Positions 56,920 to 64,000 of a DNA stretch of 64,000 nt are shown here, piece after piece. The position numbers and the translations under genes were made by a program. The DNA is from an uncultured Caulobacterales bacterium (GTDB lineage: Bacteria > Pseudomonadota > Alphaproteobacteria > Caulobacterales > Parvularculaceae). The notes beneath the pieces were generated by a model. The model was not told where the DNA came from, did no database searches, and was given only the letters and a program-made list of their open reading frames with translations. The stretch lies in contig CAZOEB010000004.1 in assembly GCA_964578685.1 (NCBI GenBank), forward strand, positions 1,293 to 65,292, in the 5' to 3' direction. Position 1 is the first letter of the stretch. The number at the start of each line of letters is the position of its first letter.

Positions 56920-57549
56920 ATGAGAAATGGATTGATTGCGGCCGCCGTCGCGGCCGTGAGCCTTGCCGCGGCAGCCCCTGCCTCGGCGGCGACGGCGATC
57001 ATCGGCGGCGACACGGTCGTTGAAGTGACTTTCGACCTCGCAGCCGCCGGACTGACGCCGACCCTCCTCGGTGATGCGACGGCGACGCCTATGGGCTTCC
57101 TCAATTTCCCGGTCACGGGCGGCGACCTCGGGGCGGGCCGCATCGAACACGAAAATTCAGGCGTTCGCCTGTCGGCCGGCACGGCGTCGATCGACCTACA
57201 GAACTTCATCATCGACATTTCCAATCCGGCGGCCGGCCAAATCCTCGCCGATGTGTCGGCGTCGAACGGAACCATGGCGGATGACGCGCCGATTTTTTCC
57301 TTCGACCTGACGGCGGTGACGGGCCCCTTTGATCTCGCTGATCCGTCGATCGAGCTCTTCTTCACGATGCTCGCCGCGGACGTCCTTGATTCGCTGTTCG
57401 CCGCGCCTGGACAGACCCTGGGTCTTGCCGGCGTCAAATTCGGCGAAGCCGCGACCGCGCCGGAAGTCCCGCTTCCCGCCGCTGCGTGGATGTTCCTCGC
57501 CGGCGCCGGCGTCTTTGCTGCGCAGCGCAAGCTTCGCAAGGCCGCCTGA
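56920..57549 (+). CDS. secreted protein with a VPLPA-CTERM sorting signal
   Basis: 209 aa with signal peptide ...AAAPASAA. The C-terminus EVPLPAAAWMFLAGAGVFAAQRKLRKAA follows the pattern VPLPA motif, TM helix, basic tail. Confidence 0.7.
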   Translation: MRNGLIAAAVAAVSLAAAAPASAATAIIGGDTVVEVTFDLAAAGLTPTLLGDATATPMGFLNFPVTGGDLGAGRIEHENSGVRLSAGTASIDLQNFIIDISNPAAGQILADVSASNGTMADDAPIFSFDLTAVTGPFDLADPSIELFFTMLAADVLDSLFAAPGQTLGLAGVKFGEAATAPEVPLPAAAWMFLAGAGVFAAQRKLRKAA

Positions 57550-57600
57550 CGGCCGTCTTGCGCGCCGCCGGCGCGTATCTTCCCCCCAGCGCGCCGGCGG

Positions 57601-58533
57601 CTATTCCGCCGGCATCATTGCAGCACGATATTTCGGGCATTCAGCGCAGCGCCCGTCATGCGACCATTCGGGCGGCTTCCAGAGATAGGCGAGTTTGTCG
57701 CTGAGGCTCTCCGCCGATCGCACGCGCTCAATCAGCCACGCGATCCCTGAAACCTGAGTCTTCAGCGGATCATACTCGTAGAGCGGCTTTACGAGGCCGA
57801 AGCGCGGCGTCTCTTCTTCGCGCTGAAACGTGCCGAAAATCCGGTCCCAGATGATGAGGACTTGCGAATAATTCCTGTCGATATATTTCGGCGCCGTGCC
57901 GTGATGGACGCGGTGGTTGGCGGGGGTCGCGATGAAGTCCTCCAGCACGCCGAGCTTCGGCACGAAGCGGCTGTGGTTGAAGATGCCGAACATGTCCTTC
58001 GCGATGGAGACGCCGAAGAAGGCGACGGGCGGCACGCCGAGCAGCGCGGCGGGAAGATCGAACGGCGTGCGCAACAGGCCGTCAAGCCAGCACCCGCGCG
58101 CGGCGACCGTGTAATTGAACTCATTCGAAGAGTGATGCACCTGATGGAACGCCCACAGGACGCCGATCCGGTGCGAAAGCCGGTGCTCCCAGTAATAGGA
58201 AAGATCGTGAACGATGAAGGCGGCGAGAAGGCCGAGGGCGCCGGCGCCGATGTCGGCGATGCGGAAATTGTCGTAGACCCATATGTAGACGACAAAGGGA
58301 ACGATCTTGCCTACGCCGATGTCGATCACGCTGTTCATCAGATTGAGCGCGATGTTGTTGAGCCCGTCCTTGCCGTCGTAAAGGCCCGGGCGGCGCAGCG
58401 CGTACCAGAGCCGTTCGCCGCCCGCCATCGCGAAGTAATAGCCGGCGATGATCCAGATGCCGCCGGCGCCGCCGAGGGTCATGATCGCGGCGTGAAACGC
58501 GCGCCATCCGTCAACAGGAATATCACTCATCAC
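57601..58533 (-). CDS. fatty-acid hydroxylase / sterol desaturase family membrane protein
   Basis: 310 aa with three His boxes: HDLSYYWEHRLSH, HQVHHSS and HRVHH. The tracked start is a GTG at 58533, and an ATG follows one codon later. Confidence 0.8.
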   Translation of the reverse strand: MMSDIPVDGWRAFHAAIMTLGGAGGIWIIAGYYFAMAGGERLWYALRRPGLYDGKDGLNNIALNLMNSVIDIGVGKIVPFVVYIWVYDNFRIADIGAGALGLLAAFIVHDLSYYWEHRLSHRIGVLWAFHQVHHSSNEFNYTVAARGCWLDGLLRTPFDLPAALLGVPPVAFFGVSIAKDMFGIFNHSRFVPKLGVLEDFIATPANHRVHHGTAPKYIDRNYSQVLIIWDRIFGTFQREEETPRFGLVKPLYEYDPLKTQVSGIAWLIERVRSAESLSDKLAYLWKPPEWSHDGRCAECPKYRAAMMPAE

Positions 58534-58536
58534 GCG

Positions 58537-59544
58537 CTACTCCATCATCAGGACGGCTTTGCCGCGCACGCCGCGGCTCTCGACGAGGTTCAGCGCCTCG
58601 CCGGCGTCTTTCAGCGCAAAGCGGGCCGTGATGCGGGGGCGGATCTTTCCTTCCTTGTACCAATTGAACAGTTCCGCGACGTGTTCGGCGTGCCGCTTCG
58701 GATCGCGCATCGTGAACGCGCCCCAGAACACGCCGACGATCTGGCAGCTCTTGAGAAGCGTCAGGTTGAGCGGCAGTTTCGGAATGCCGGCGGGAAACCC
58801 GACGACGAGGAACCGTCCCTCCCAGGCGAGTGCGCGCACCGCGGGCTCGGCGTAATCCCCGCCGACCGCGTCATAGACGACGTTCGCGCCGTCGCTTGAA
58901 CCCTGATTGGCGCACGCCGCCTTGATCTGGTTTGAAAGAACCTTCTGTCCGTCCTTGTCGATCTCGCGCGGATAGATGACGAAATCATCCGCGCCGAGCT
59001 CGCGCGCGAAGGCCGCCTTTTCCGGCGACGAGACGCCGGCGATGACTTTGGCGCCCATCGCCTTGCCGATCTCGATCGCCGCCGCGCCGACGCCGCCGGC
59101 GGCCCCGAGGATAAAGAGCGACTCGCCCGGTTTCAGGCCCGCACGATCCTTCAGCGCGTAATGCGACGTGCCGTAGGTCATGAGGAAGCCCGCGGCCTCG
59201 TCGAACGGCATCGCGTCCGGCAATCGCGCCGCTGCGGGCGCGTCGACGACAAGATGCGTCGCGTAACCGCCATGCAGCGTCATTGCGAGCACGCGGTCGC
59301 CGACCTTGAAGCCTTTCACGCCGTCGCCGACGGCGTCGACGAGCCCTGCGACCTCGCCGCCGGGCGCGAAAGGACGCGGAGGGCGGAACTGATACATGTC
59401 TCTGATGATGAGGGTGTCGGGGAAATTCACCCCCGCCGCCTTGACCGCCACCCTGATCTGGCCGGGACCGGGTTCGGGCGTCGGCGCTTCGATCAGTTTG
59501 AGGCTGTCGGGCCCGCCCGGCTCGACGCTCATCATCGCTTTCAT
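58537..59544 (-). CDS. NADPH:quinone oxidoreductase (MDR/zeta-crystallin family)
   Basis: Starts at ATG 59544 (MKAMMSVEPGGPDSLKLIEAPTPEPGPGQIRV) and carries the nucleotide motif LGAAGGVGAAAIEIGKAMGA. The tracked 22-codon N-terminal extension is rejected. Confidence 0.8.
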   Translation of the reverse strand: MKAMMSVEPGGPDSLKLIEAPTPEPGPGQIRVAVKAAGVNFPDTLIIRDMYQFRPPRPFAPGGEVAGLVDAVGDGVKGFKVGDRVLAMTLHGGYATHLVVDAPAAARLPDAMPFDEAAGFLMTYGTSHYALKDRAGLKPGESLFILGAAGGVGAAAIEIGKAMGAKVIAGVSSPEKAAFARELGADDFVIYPREIDKDGQKVLSNQIKAACANQGSSDGANVVYDAVGGDYAEPAVRALAWEGRFLVVGFPAGIPKLPLNLTLLKSCQIVGVFWGAFTMRDPKRHAEHVAELFNWYKEGKIRPRITARFALKDAGEALNLVESRGVRGKAVLMME

Positions 59545-59646
59545 GGGAAATCCTTCAGAAACGCAGCTTGCGGAACCGGGCGATCTTACGCAAGCTCCGC
59601 GCGGGTGCAAAAGACCAAAGACAGCCCGAGTTCGGGGAGGAACTTC

Positions 59647-59955
59647 ATGCGGATCCTATGCCTTGCCGCCGCCCTGCTGACGGTCGCCGCGTGCGCGACC
59701 GCTGCGCGCGCCACCTTGCGGGACCGGTTTGAGGCGATCGGCCTTTCGCCCCGCATGGCGGGCTGCATGGTCGATGATCTTGACGATCGGTTGTCGGATG
59801 AGGATCTCCGCGATCTCGCCCGCTATACGGTGGGGCTGTCGCGCGCCGACACGCCCCTTGAAGCGATCGACAGCTTGCTTGCGTTCGACAATCCGCGCGC
59901 CGTCGCCGCTATCGGCCGCGCCGCCTTCGCCTGCGTCACCGGGTTTGACCGTTGA
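59647..59955 (+). CDS. small hypothetical lipoprotein
   Basis: The ATG at 59647 gives MRILCLAAALLTVAAC, a lipobox. The protein is 102 aa, and its TGA overlaps the TTG start of the next gene (TTGA). I recognise no family. Confidence 0.5.
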   Translation: MRILCLAAALLTVAACATAARATLRDRFEAIGLSPRMAGCMVDDLDDRLSDEDLRDLARYTVGLSRADTPLEAIDSLLAFDNPRAVAAIGRAAFACVTGFDR

Positions 59956-61274
59956 GCGACATCGCAGCCGAGGAGCCGGCGCCGGCGGTCGCTGCGAAGA
60001 CCGACAGCTATGCGTGGTACGTCCTCGTCGTCCTGACGATCGTCTACACCTTCAATTTCGTCGACCGGCAAATCATCGCCATTGTATCTCCGGCGATCAA
60101 GGCCGAGCTTGGCCTGTCGGACTCAGTGCTGGGGCTCCTCAAGGGGCTCGCCTTCGCCGTCCTCTATACGACGCTCGGCATTCCGATCGCGTGGCTCGCT
60201 GATCGCTTCAATCGCGTGTCGATCGTGACCGTGTCGCTGGCGGTGTGGTCGGCCTTTACGGCGCTTTCGGGCCTTGCGCAGAACGCGCTGCACCTCGCGC
60301 TCGCGCGCATCGGCGTCGGCATCGGCGAGGCGGGCGGGTCGCCGCCGTCGCATTCGATCATCGCGGATTATTTCCCGAAGGAGAAACGGTCGACCGCGCT
60401 CTCCATCTATTCGCTCGGCATACCTTTCGGCCAGATGTTCGCCTTTCTCGCCGGCGGATGGGTGGTGCAGAATCTCGGCTGGCGCAACGCGTTCTTCATC
60501 GTCGGCCTTCCCGGAATCCTTCTGGCGATCATCCTGAAGCTGACGGTGAAGGAACCGGTCCGCGGCGCGATCGACGGCGTCGGCGCCAAGGTCTCCTTCA
60601 GGCAAGGCGTCGCGGAGCTCGTGAAGATACCGACCTATTGGGGCATCGCCGTCGCGACCGCGCTCGCGTCCTTCACCGGCTACGGCGTCGGCCTCTGGGT
60701 GGTCGACTTCTACAAGCGGACCTACGAACTGTCGTATACGGAGATTACGGTCCCGCTCGGCATCCTCAACGGCGTCGTCTATGGAATCGGCACCTGGGCC
60801 GGCGGCTGGCTGACCGACCGTTTCGGGAAGGCCGACAAGCGCGCCTATCTCATCATTCCGGGGCTCGGCATGTTGCTGACGATCCCTGCAGGGCTGCTGT
60901 CGACATGGGCGGGAACGCCGTTCTGGGCGTTCTTCTGGTCGGCGCCGTTCCTGCTGGGACTCGGCATGTATCTCGGGCCGTCCTTCGCGCTCATCCAGAC
61001 GCTGGCGCCGGTGCAGCTCCGGGCCTTTGCAATCGCGTTCCTGTTCCTGATCCTCAATTTGATTGCGCTCGGCTTCGCCCCGCTCTGGGTCGGCTGGACC
61101 TCCGACCTGTTCGCCGGCGCCTATGGCGAAGTGACGGGGCTTCGCCTTGCGCTGTCGACGCTGGGCGTCACCAGCCTCGCCGCCGCATTCGTGTTTTTCT
61201 GGACGTCGAAGCGGCTGCCGGCCGATTGGGCGGCGGCGGAAGCGCGCGGCCGCGAAACATCAGGGGAGAACTGA
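59952..61274 (+). CDS. MFS transporter (Spinster-like), paralogue of 11185-12504
   Basis: 440 aa. YTFNFVDRQIIAIVSPAIKAELGLSD and ARIGVGIGEAGGSPPSHSIIADYFPKEKR align along the whole N-terminal half with the first MFS protein. Confidence 0.8.
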   Translation: MSDIAAEEPAPAVAAKTDSYAWYVLVVLTIVYTFNFVDRQIIAIVSPAIKAELGLSDSVLGLLKGLAFAVLYTTLGIPIAWLADRFNRVSIVTVSLAVWSAFTALSGLAQNALHLALARIGVGIGEAGGSPPSHSIIADYFPKEKRSTALSIYSLGIPFGQMFAFLAGGWVVQNLGWRNAFFIVGLPGILLAIILKLTVKEPVRGAIDGVGAKVSFRQGVAELVKIPTYWGIAVATALASFTGYGVGLWVVDFYKRTYELSYTEITVPLGILNGVVYGIGTWAGGWLTDRFGKADKRAYLIIPGLGMLLTIPAGLLSTWAGTPFWAFFWSAPFLLGLGMYLGPSFALIQTLAPVQLRAFAIAFLFLILNLIALGFAPLWVGWTSDLFAGAYGEVTGLRLALSTLGVTSLAAAFVFFWTSKRLPADWAAAEARGRETSGEN

Positions 61275-61793
61275 ATGGCGCCGTCTAGGAAGAAGGCCTC
61301 CGCGACAAAAAAGGCGGCGGTGAAGAAGGCGCCCGCAAAGAAGAAAGTCGCCGTCAAATCGGCGAAGAAGGTCGAGGCCAAGACAAAACCGACCGGAGCG
61401 AGCGTCCGCGAATTCATCGCCAAGGTGGAGAATCCCGTGCGCCGCAAGGACGCGGAGACAGCGCTCTCAATCTATCAGGCGATCACCGGCGTCCAGCCGA
61501 AAATGTGGGGACCGTCGATTATCGGCTACGGCTCCTATCACTACAAATATGACTCAGGACGCGAGGGCGACATGTGTGCTGGCGGTTTCGCGCCGCGTTC
61601 ATCCTCGATGGTCTTTTACATCATGGGCGGCGTGCCGGAGACGGACCCGCTGTTCAAACGTCTGGGCAAACACCGGATGGGCGGAAGCTGTCTTTATGTG
61701 AACAAGCTGACGGACGTCGATGTCGGCGTCCTCGGCCGGATCATCGCGAAATCCTGGGCCTACATGAAGAAGACCTATCCGGGCGCCGAATAA
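61275..61793 (+). CDS. DUF1801 (YdhG-like) domain protein with a Lys/Ala-rich N-terminal tail
   Basis: 172 aa. The core [47 protein letters not shown] looks like DUF1801. Residues 1-40 are KKA/AKK repeats. Confidence 0.6.
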   Translation: MAPSRKKASATKKAAVKKAPAKKKVAVKSAKKVEAKTKPTGASVREFIAKVENPVRRKDAETALSIYQAITGVQPKMWGPSIIGYGSYHYKYDSGREGDMCAGGFAPRSSSMVFYIMGGVPETDPLFKRLGKHRMGGSCLYVNKLTDVDVGVLGRIIAKSWAYMKKTYPGAE

Positions 61794-61796
61794 CAA

Positions 61797-61829
61797 GGCG
61801 CTCGCGAAGAATACGCCTTCGCGAGCGCC
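61797..61829 (+). other. perfect 13-bp GC-rich hairpin (possible U-tract-less terminator)
   Basis: GGCGCTCGCGAAG-AATACGC-CTTCGCGAGCGCC starts 4 nt after the stop codon. No T-run follows. Confidence 0.5.
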
Positions 61830-62013
61830 TCGCCCCCTCCGCGCCCGATACGCAGGGCGCGTAACCGAAGTAAGCCGGCGAGTCCTCAAGAGGGACAGTC
61901 TTTCCCCGAAAAGAGATCGCCCAAACGCTGCGGGGATGGGGTTTTCAAGAACCCGGCCAACGCCGTCCGGGACACCTGTTGACGTTAAGGATGAAAGGGC
62001 TTTTGAGGGGGCC

Positions 62014-63720
62014 ATGGCCCGCATCCTCGTCACCTCCGCGCTTCCCTACATCAACGGCATCAAGCATCTCGGCAATCTTGTCGGGTCGATGCTGCCGGCG
62101 GACGTTTATGCGAGGTTTCAGCGCGCGCGCGGGAATGACGTGCTGTTCCTGTGCGCGACGGACGAGCACGGCACGCCGGCCGAGCTCGCCGCGCGCGCCG
62201 CGAACCAGTCTGTCGAGGACTATTGCGCTGAGCAGCACGAAATCCAGAAACGCGCCTGCGCGGAGTTCGGGCTCTCCTTCGACCATTTCGGCCGCTCGTC
62301 GAACGTGCCGAACAAGCGCCTGACGCAGCATTTCGCCGCGGTGCTGGAAAAGAACGGCCTCATCGAGGAGCGCACCGACCGCCAGATCTATTCGATCGAC
62401 GACGCCCGCTTTCTCCCCGACCGCTATGTCGAAGGCACGTGCCCCAATTGCGGCTATGAGAAAGCGCGCGGCGACCAGTGCGACAATTGCGGGACGCTGC
62501 TCGATCCGATCGAGCTGAAAGATCCCTACTCGTCGATCTCCGGCTCGCGCAATCTCGAAGTGCGCGAGACGAAACACCTTTACCTCCTGCAGTCGAAGAT
62601 GCAGGACGCCATCGCCGACTGGATCGCCACGAAAGACGCATGGCCGCACCTGACGAAGGCGATCGCCGGCAAATGGATCAAGGAAGGCCTGCAGGACCGA
62701 TCGATCACGCGCGATCTCTATTGGGGCGTTCCGGTCGCATATGAGGGACGCCCGCGCCCGGGCTTCGAGAACAAGGTCTTCTACGTCTGGTTCGACGCGC
62801 CGATCGAATATATCGGGTGTACGGAGGAATGGGCGGGCGCAGCGCCGGGGCGCAACTGGCGCAGCTGGTGGCGGCTCGACGAAGGCGCGAGCGACGTCCG
62901 CTATGTCCAGTTCATGGGCAAGGACAACGTCGCCTTCCACACGGTGTCTTTCCCGGTGACGATCCTCGGCTCGAAAGAGCCGTGGAAGCTCGTCGATACG
63001 CTGAAATCCTTGAACTGGCTGACCTGGTATGGCGGGAAATTCTCAACGAGCCAGAGCCGCGGGATCTTCATGGACCAGGCGCTGGAATTGCTGCCCGCCG
63101 ACTATTGGCGCTGGCACCTGATGGCGAACGCGCCGGAATCGGACGACGCCTCCTTCACGCTCGAACATTTCGCGTCGGTCGTGAACAAGGACCTCGCCGA
63201 CGTGCTCGGCAATTTCGTCAACCGCATCACGCGCTTTTGCGCGTCGAAATTCGGCGAGAAAGTTCCGGGCGAGGGCGCCTATGGCGAGGTTGAGGCGAAA
63301 CTGATCGCCGATCTCGACGCGAAGATCGCCGCCTATACGGGCGCGCTCGAAGCGATGGAGTTCCGCCGCGCCTGTGCGGAGCTGCGCGGCGTCTGGGTCG
63401 CCGGCAACGAATATCTGCAGATCGCCGCGCCGTGGACGGCGTTCAAGACCGACCCCGCGCGCGCCGCGGCGGGCGTGCGCGCGGGGCTCAACCTCATCGC
63501 CCTCTTTGCGACGCTGTCATCGCCCTTCATCCCGCATAGCGCGGCGAAGATGGCGGCGGTGTTCGGGATCGACCTTGCGCGCGAGCGCTGGCCGACGTCC
63601 GCGAAAGCCGCTCTGGAGCGCGTGGCGCCAGGAACAGAGTTCACGCTGCCGGACGTGCTGTTCAAGAAGATTGAAGACGATCAGGTCGCGGCGTGGCGGG
63701 AGAAGTTTGGGGCGGAGTAG
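62014..63720 (+). CDS. metG: methionyl-tRNA synthetase (short form without a C-terminal tRNA-binding domain)
   Basis: Starts at ATG 62014 with [22 protein letters not shown] (HLGN, the HIGH-type motif). Has the zinc knuckle [18 protein letters not shown] and KFSTSQS (the KMSKS-type motif). Confidence 0.9.
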   Translation: MARILVTSALPYINGIKHLGNLVGSMLPADVYARFQRARGNDVLFLCATDEHGTPAELAARAANQSVEDYCAEQHEIQKRACAEFGLSFDHFGRSSNVPNKRLTQHFAAVLEKNGLIEERTDRQIYSIDDARFLPDRYVEGTCPNCGYEKARGDQCDNCGTLLDPIELKDPYSSISGSRNLEVRETKHLYLLQSKMQDAIADWIATKDAWPHLTKAIAGKWIKEGLQDRSITRDLYWGVPVAYEGRPRPGFENKVFYVWFDAPIEYIGCTEEWAGAAPGRNWRSWWRLDEGASDVRYVQFMGKDNVAFHTVSFPVTILGSKEPWKLVDTLKSLNWLTWYGGKFSTSQSRGIFMDQALELLPADYWRWHLMANAPESDDASFTLEHFASVVNKDLADVLGNFVNRITRFCASKFGEKVPGEGAYGEVEAKLIADLDAKIAAYTGALEAMEFRRACAELRGVWVAGNEYLQIAAPWTAFKTDPARAAAGVRAGLNLIALFATLSSPFIPHSAAKMAAVFGIDLARERWPTSAKAALERVAPGTEFTLPDVLFKKIEDDQVAAWREKFGAE

Positions 63721-63754
63721 GGGCTGTTTTCTTCCTTGCTTTGGGCGAAATTGT

Positions 63755-63784
63755 GCCTTACACAAAGCCTTACTTAAAGTAAGG
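63755..63784. promoter_or_regulatory. putative antitoxin operator
   Basis: A perfect inverted repeat CCTTACTT-A-AAGTAAGG (63768-63784) overlaps the SD, and an extra direct half-site GCCTTAC lies at 63755-63761. Confidence 0.4.
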
Positions 63785-63795
63785 AGCAAGGCTCG

Positions 63796-64000
63796 ATGGC
63801 TGCCGCCACGTTGACGTCGAAGGGTCAGCTCACTTTGCCGAAGGAGGTGCGGCAGGCGCTTGGCGTGGGGCCGGGCGATCAGGTGAACTTCGTTCGAATG
63901 GAAGACGGGAATTTCGCCGTCATGCCGGCGTCTCTGCCCGTCAAAAGGTTGAAGGGCATCGTTCCGAAGCCCCGCAAACCGGTTTCCCTTGAGGCCATGG
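63796..64000 (+). CDS. AbrB/SpoVT-family antitoxin (VapB-like), truncated by the window end
   Basis: SD AAGGAG lies 9 nt upstream. MAAATLTSKGQLTLPKEVRQALGVGPGDQV has the same motif as the antitoxin at 1262-1501. The frame is open to position 64000. Confidence 0.7.
   Translation, partial: MAAATLTSKGQLTLPKEVRQALGVGPGDQVNFVRMEDGNFAVMPASLPVKRLKGIVPKPRKPVSLEAM

Overview
High-GC (about 65%) alphaproteobacterial chromosomal segment, almost entirely coding and mostly conserved core loci. Alphaproteobacterial markers are lpxI, popZ/DUF2497, a CtrA-type box and a VPLPA-CTERM signal. Gene order: (1) A histidine-utilisation cluster on the minus strand, hutI-ppa-[DUF433/DUF5615]-hutU-[vapB/vapC]-hutH, with divergent hutG plus an AraC-family regulator. 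(2) TonB-dependent receptor, two alpha/beta hydrolases, a Spinster-like MFS transporter and a lipoprotein. (3) The conserved block dnaE | rpsB-tsf | pyrH-frr-uppS-cdsA-dxr-rseP-bamA-skp | lpxD-fabZ-lpxA-lpxI-lpxB. (4) A complete System I cytochrome c maturation locus as two divergent operons, ccmD-A-B-C-E and ccmF-G-H-I; ccmD is an untracked 54-aa ORF in an unusual position. (5) A DUF2807-like protein, tRNA-Asn, an OMF-MFP-RND efflux operon and tRNA-Cys. (6) pcm-tolC-popZ-(prolyl oligopeptidase)-valS. (7) A TrxR-like ferredoxin-NADP reductase, a VPLPA-CTERM protein, a quinone oxidoreductase/desaturase pair, a small lipoprotein plus a second paralogous MFS, a DUF1801 protein with a Lys/Ala-rich tail, metG, and the start of a third AbrB-type antitoxin gene. 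I do not see a convincing large novel multi-gene system here. The most unusual items are: two toxin-antitoxin modules and ppa wedged into, and translationally coupled with, the hut operon; a roughly 110-nt candidate sRNA with three C-rich motifs, a double-hairpin terminator and an adjacent perfect TTAA-N7-TTAAC box between the RND operon and tRNA-Asn; a structured ~133-bp tandem repeat with compensatory stem changes between valS and the reductase gene; and the displaced ccmD. All functional calls rest on my own reading of the translations, not on database searches.
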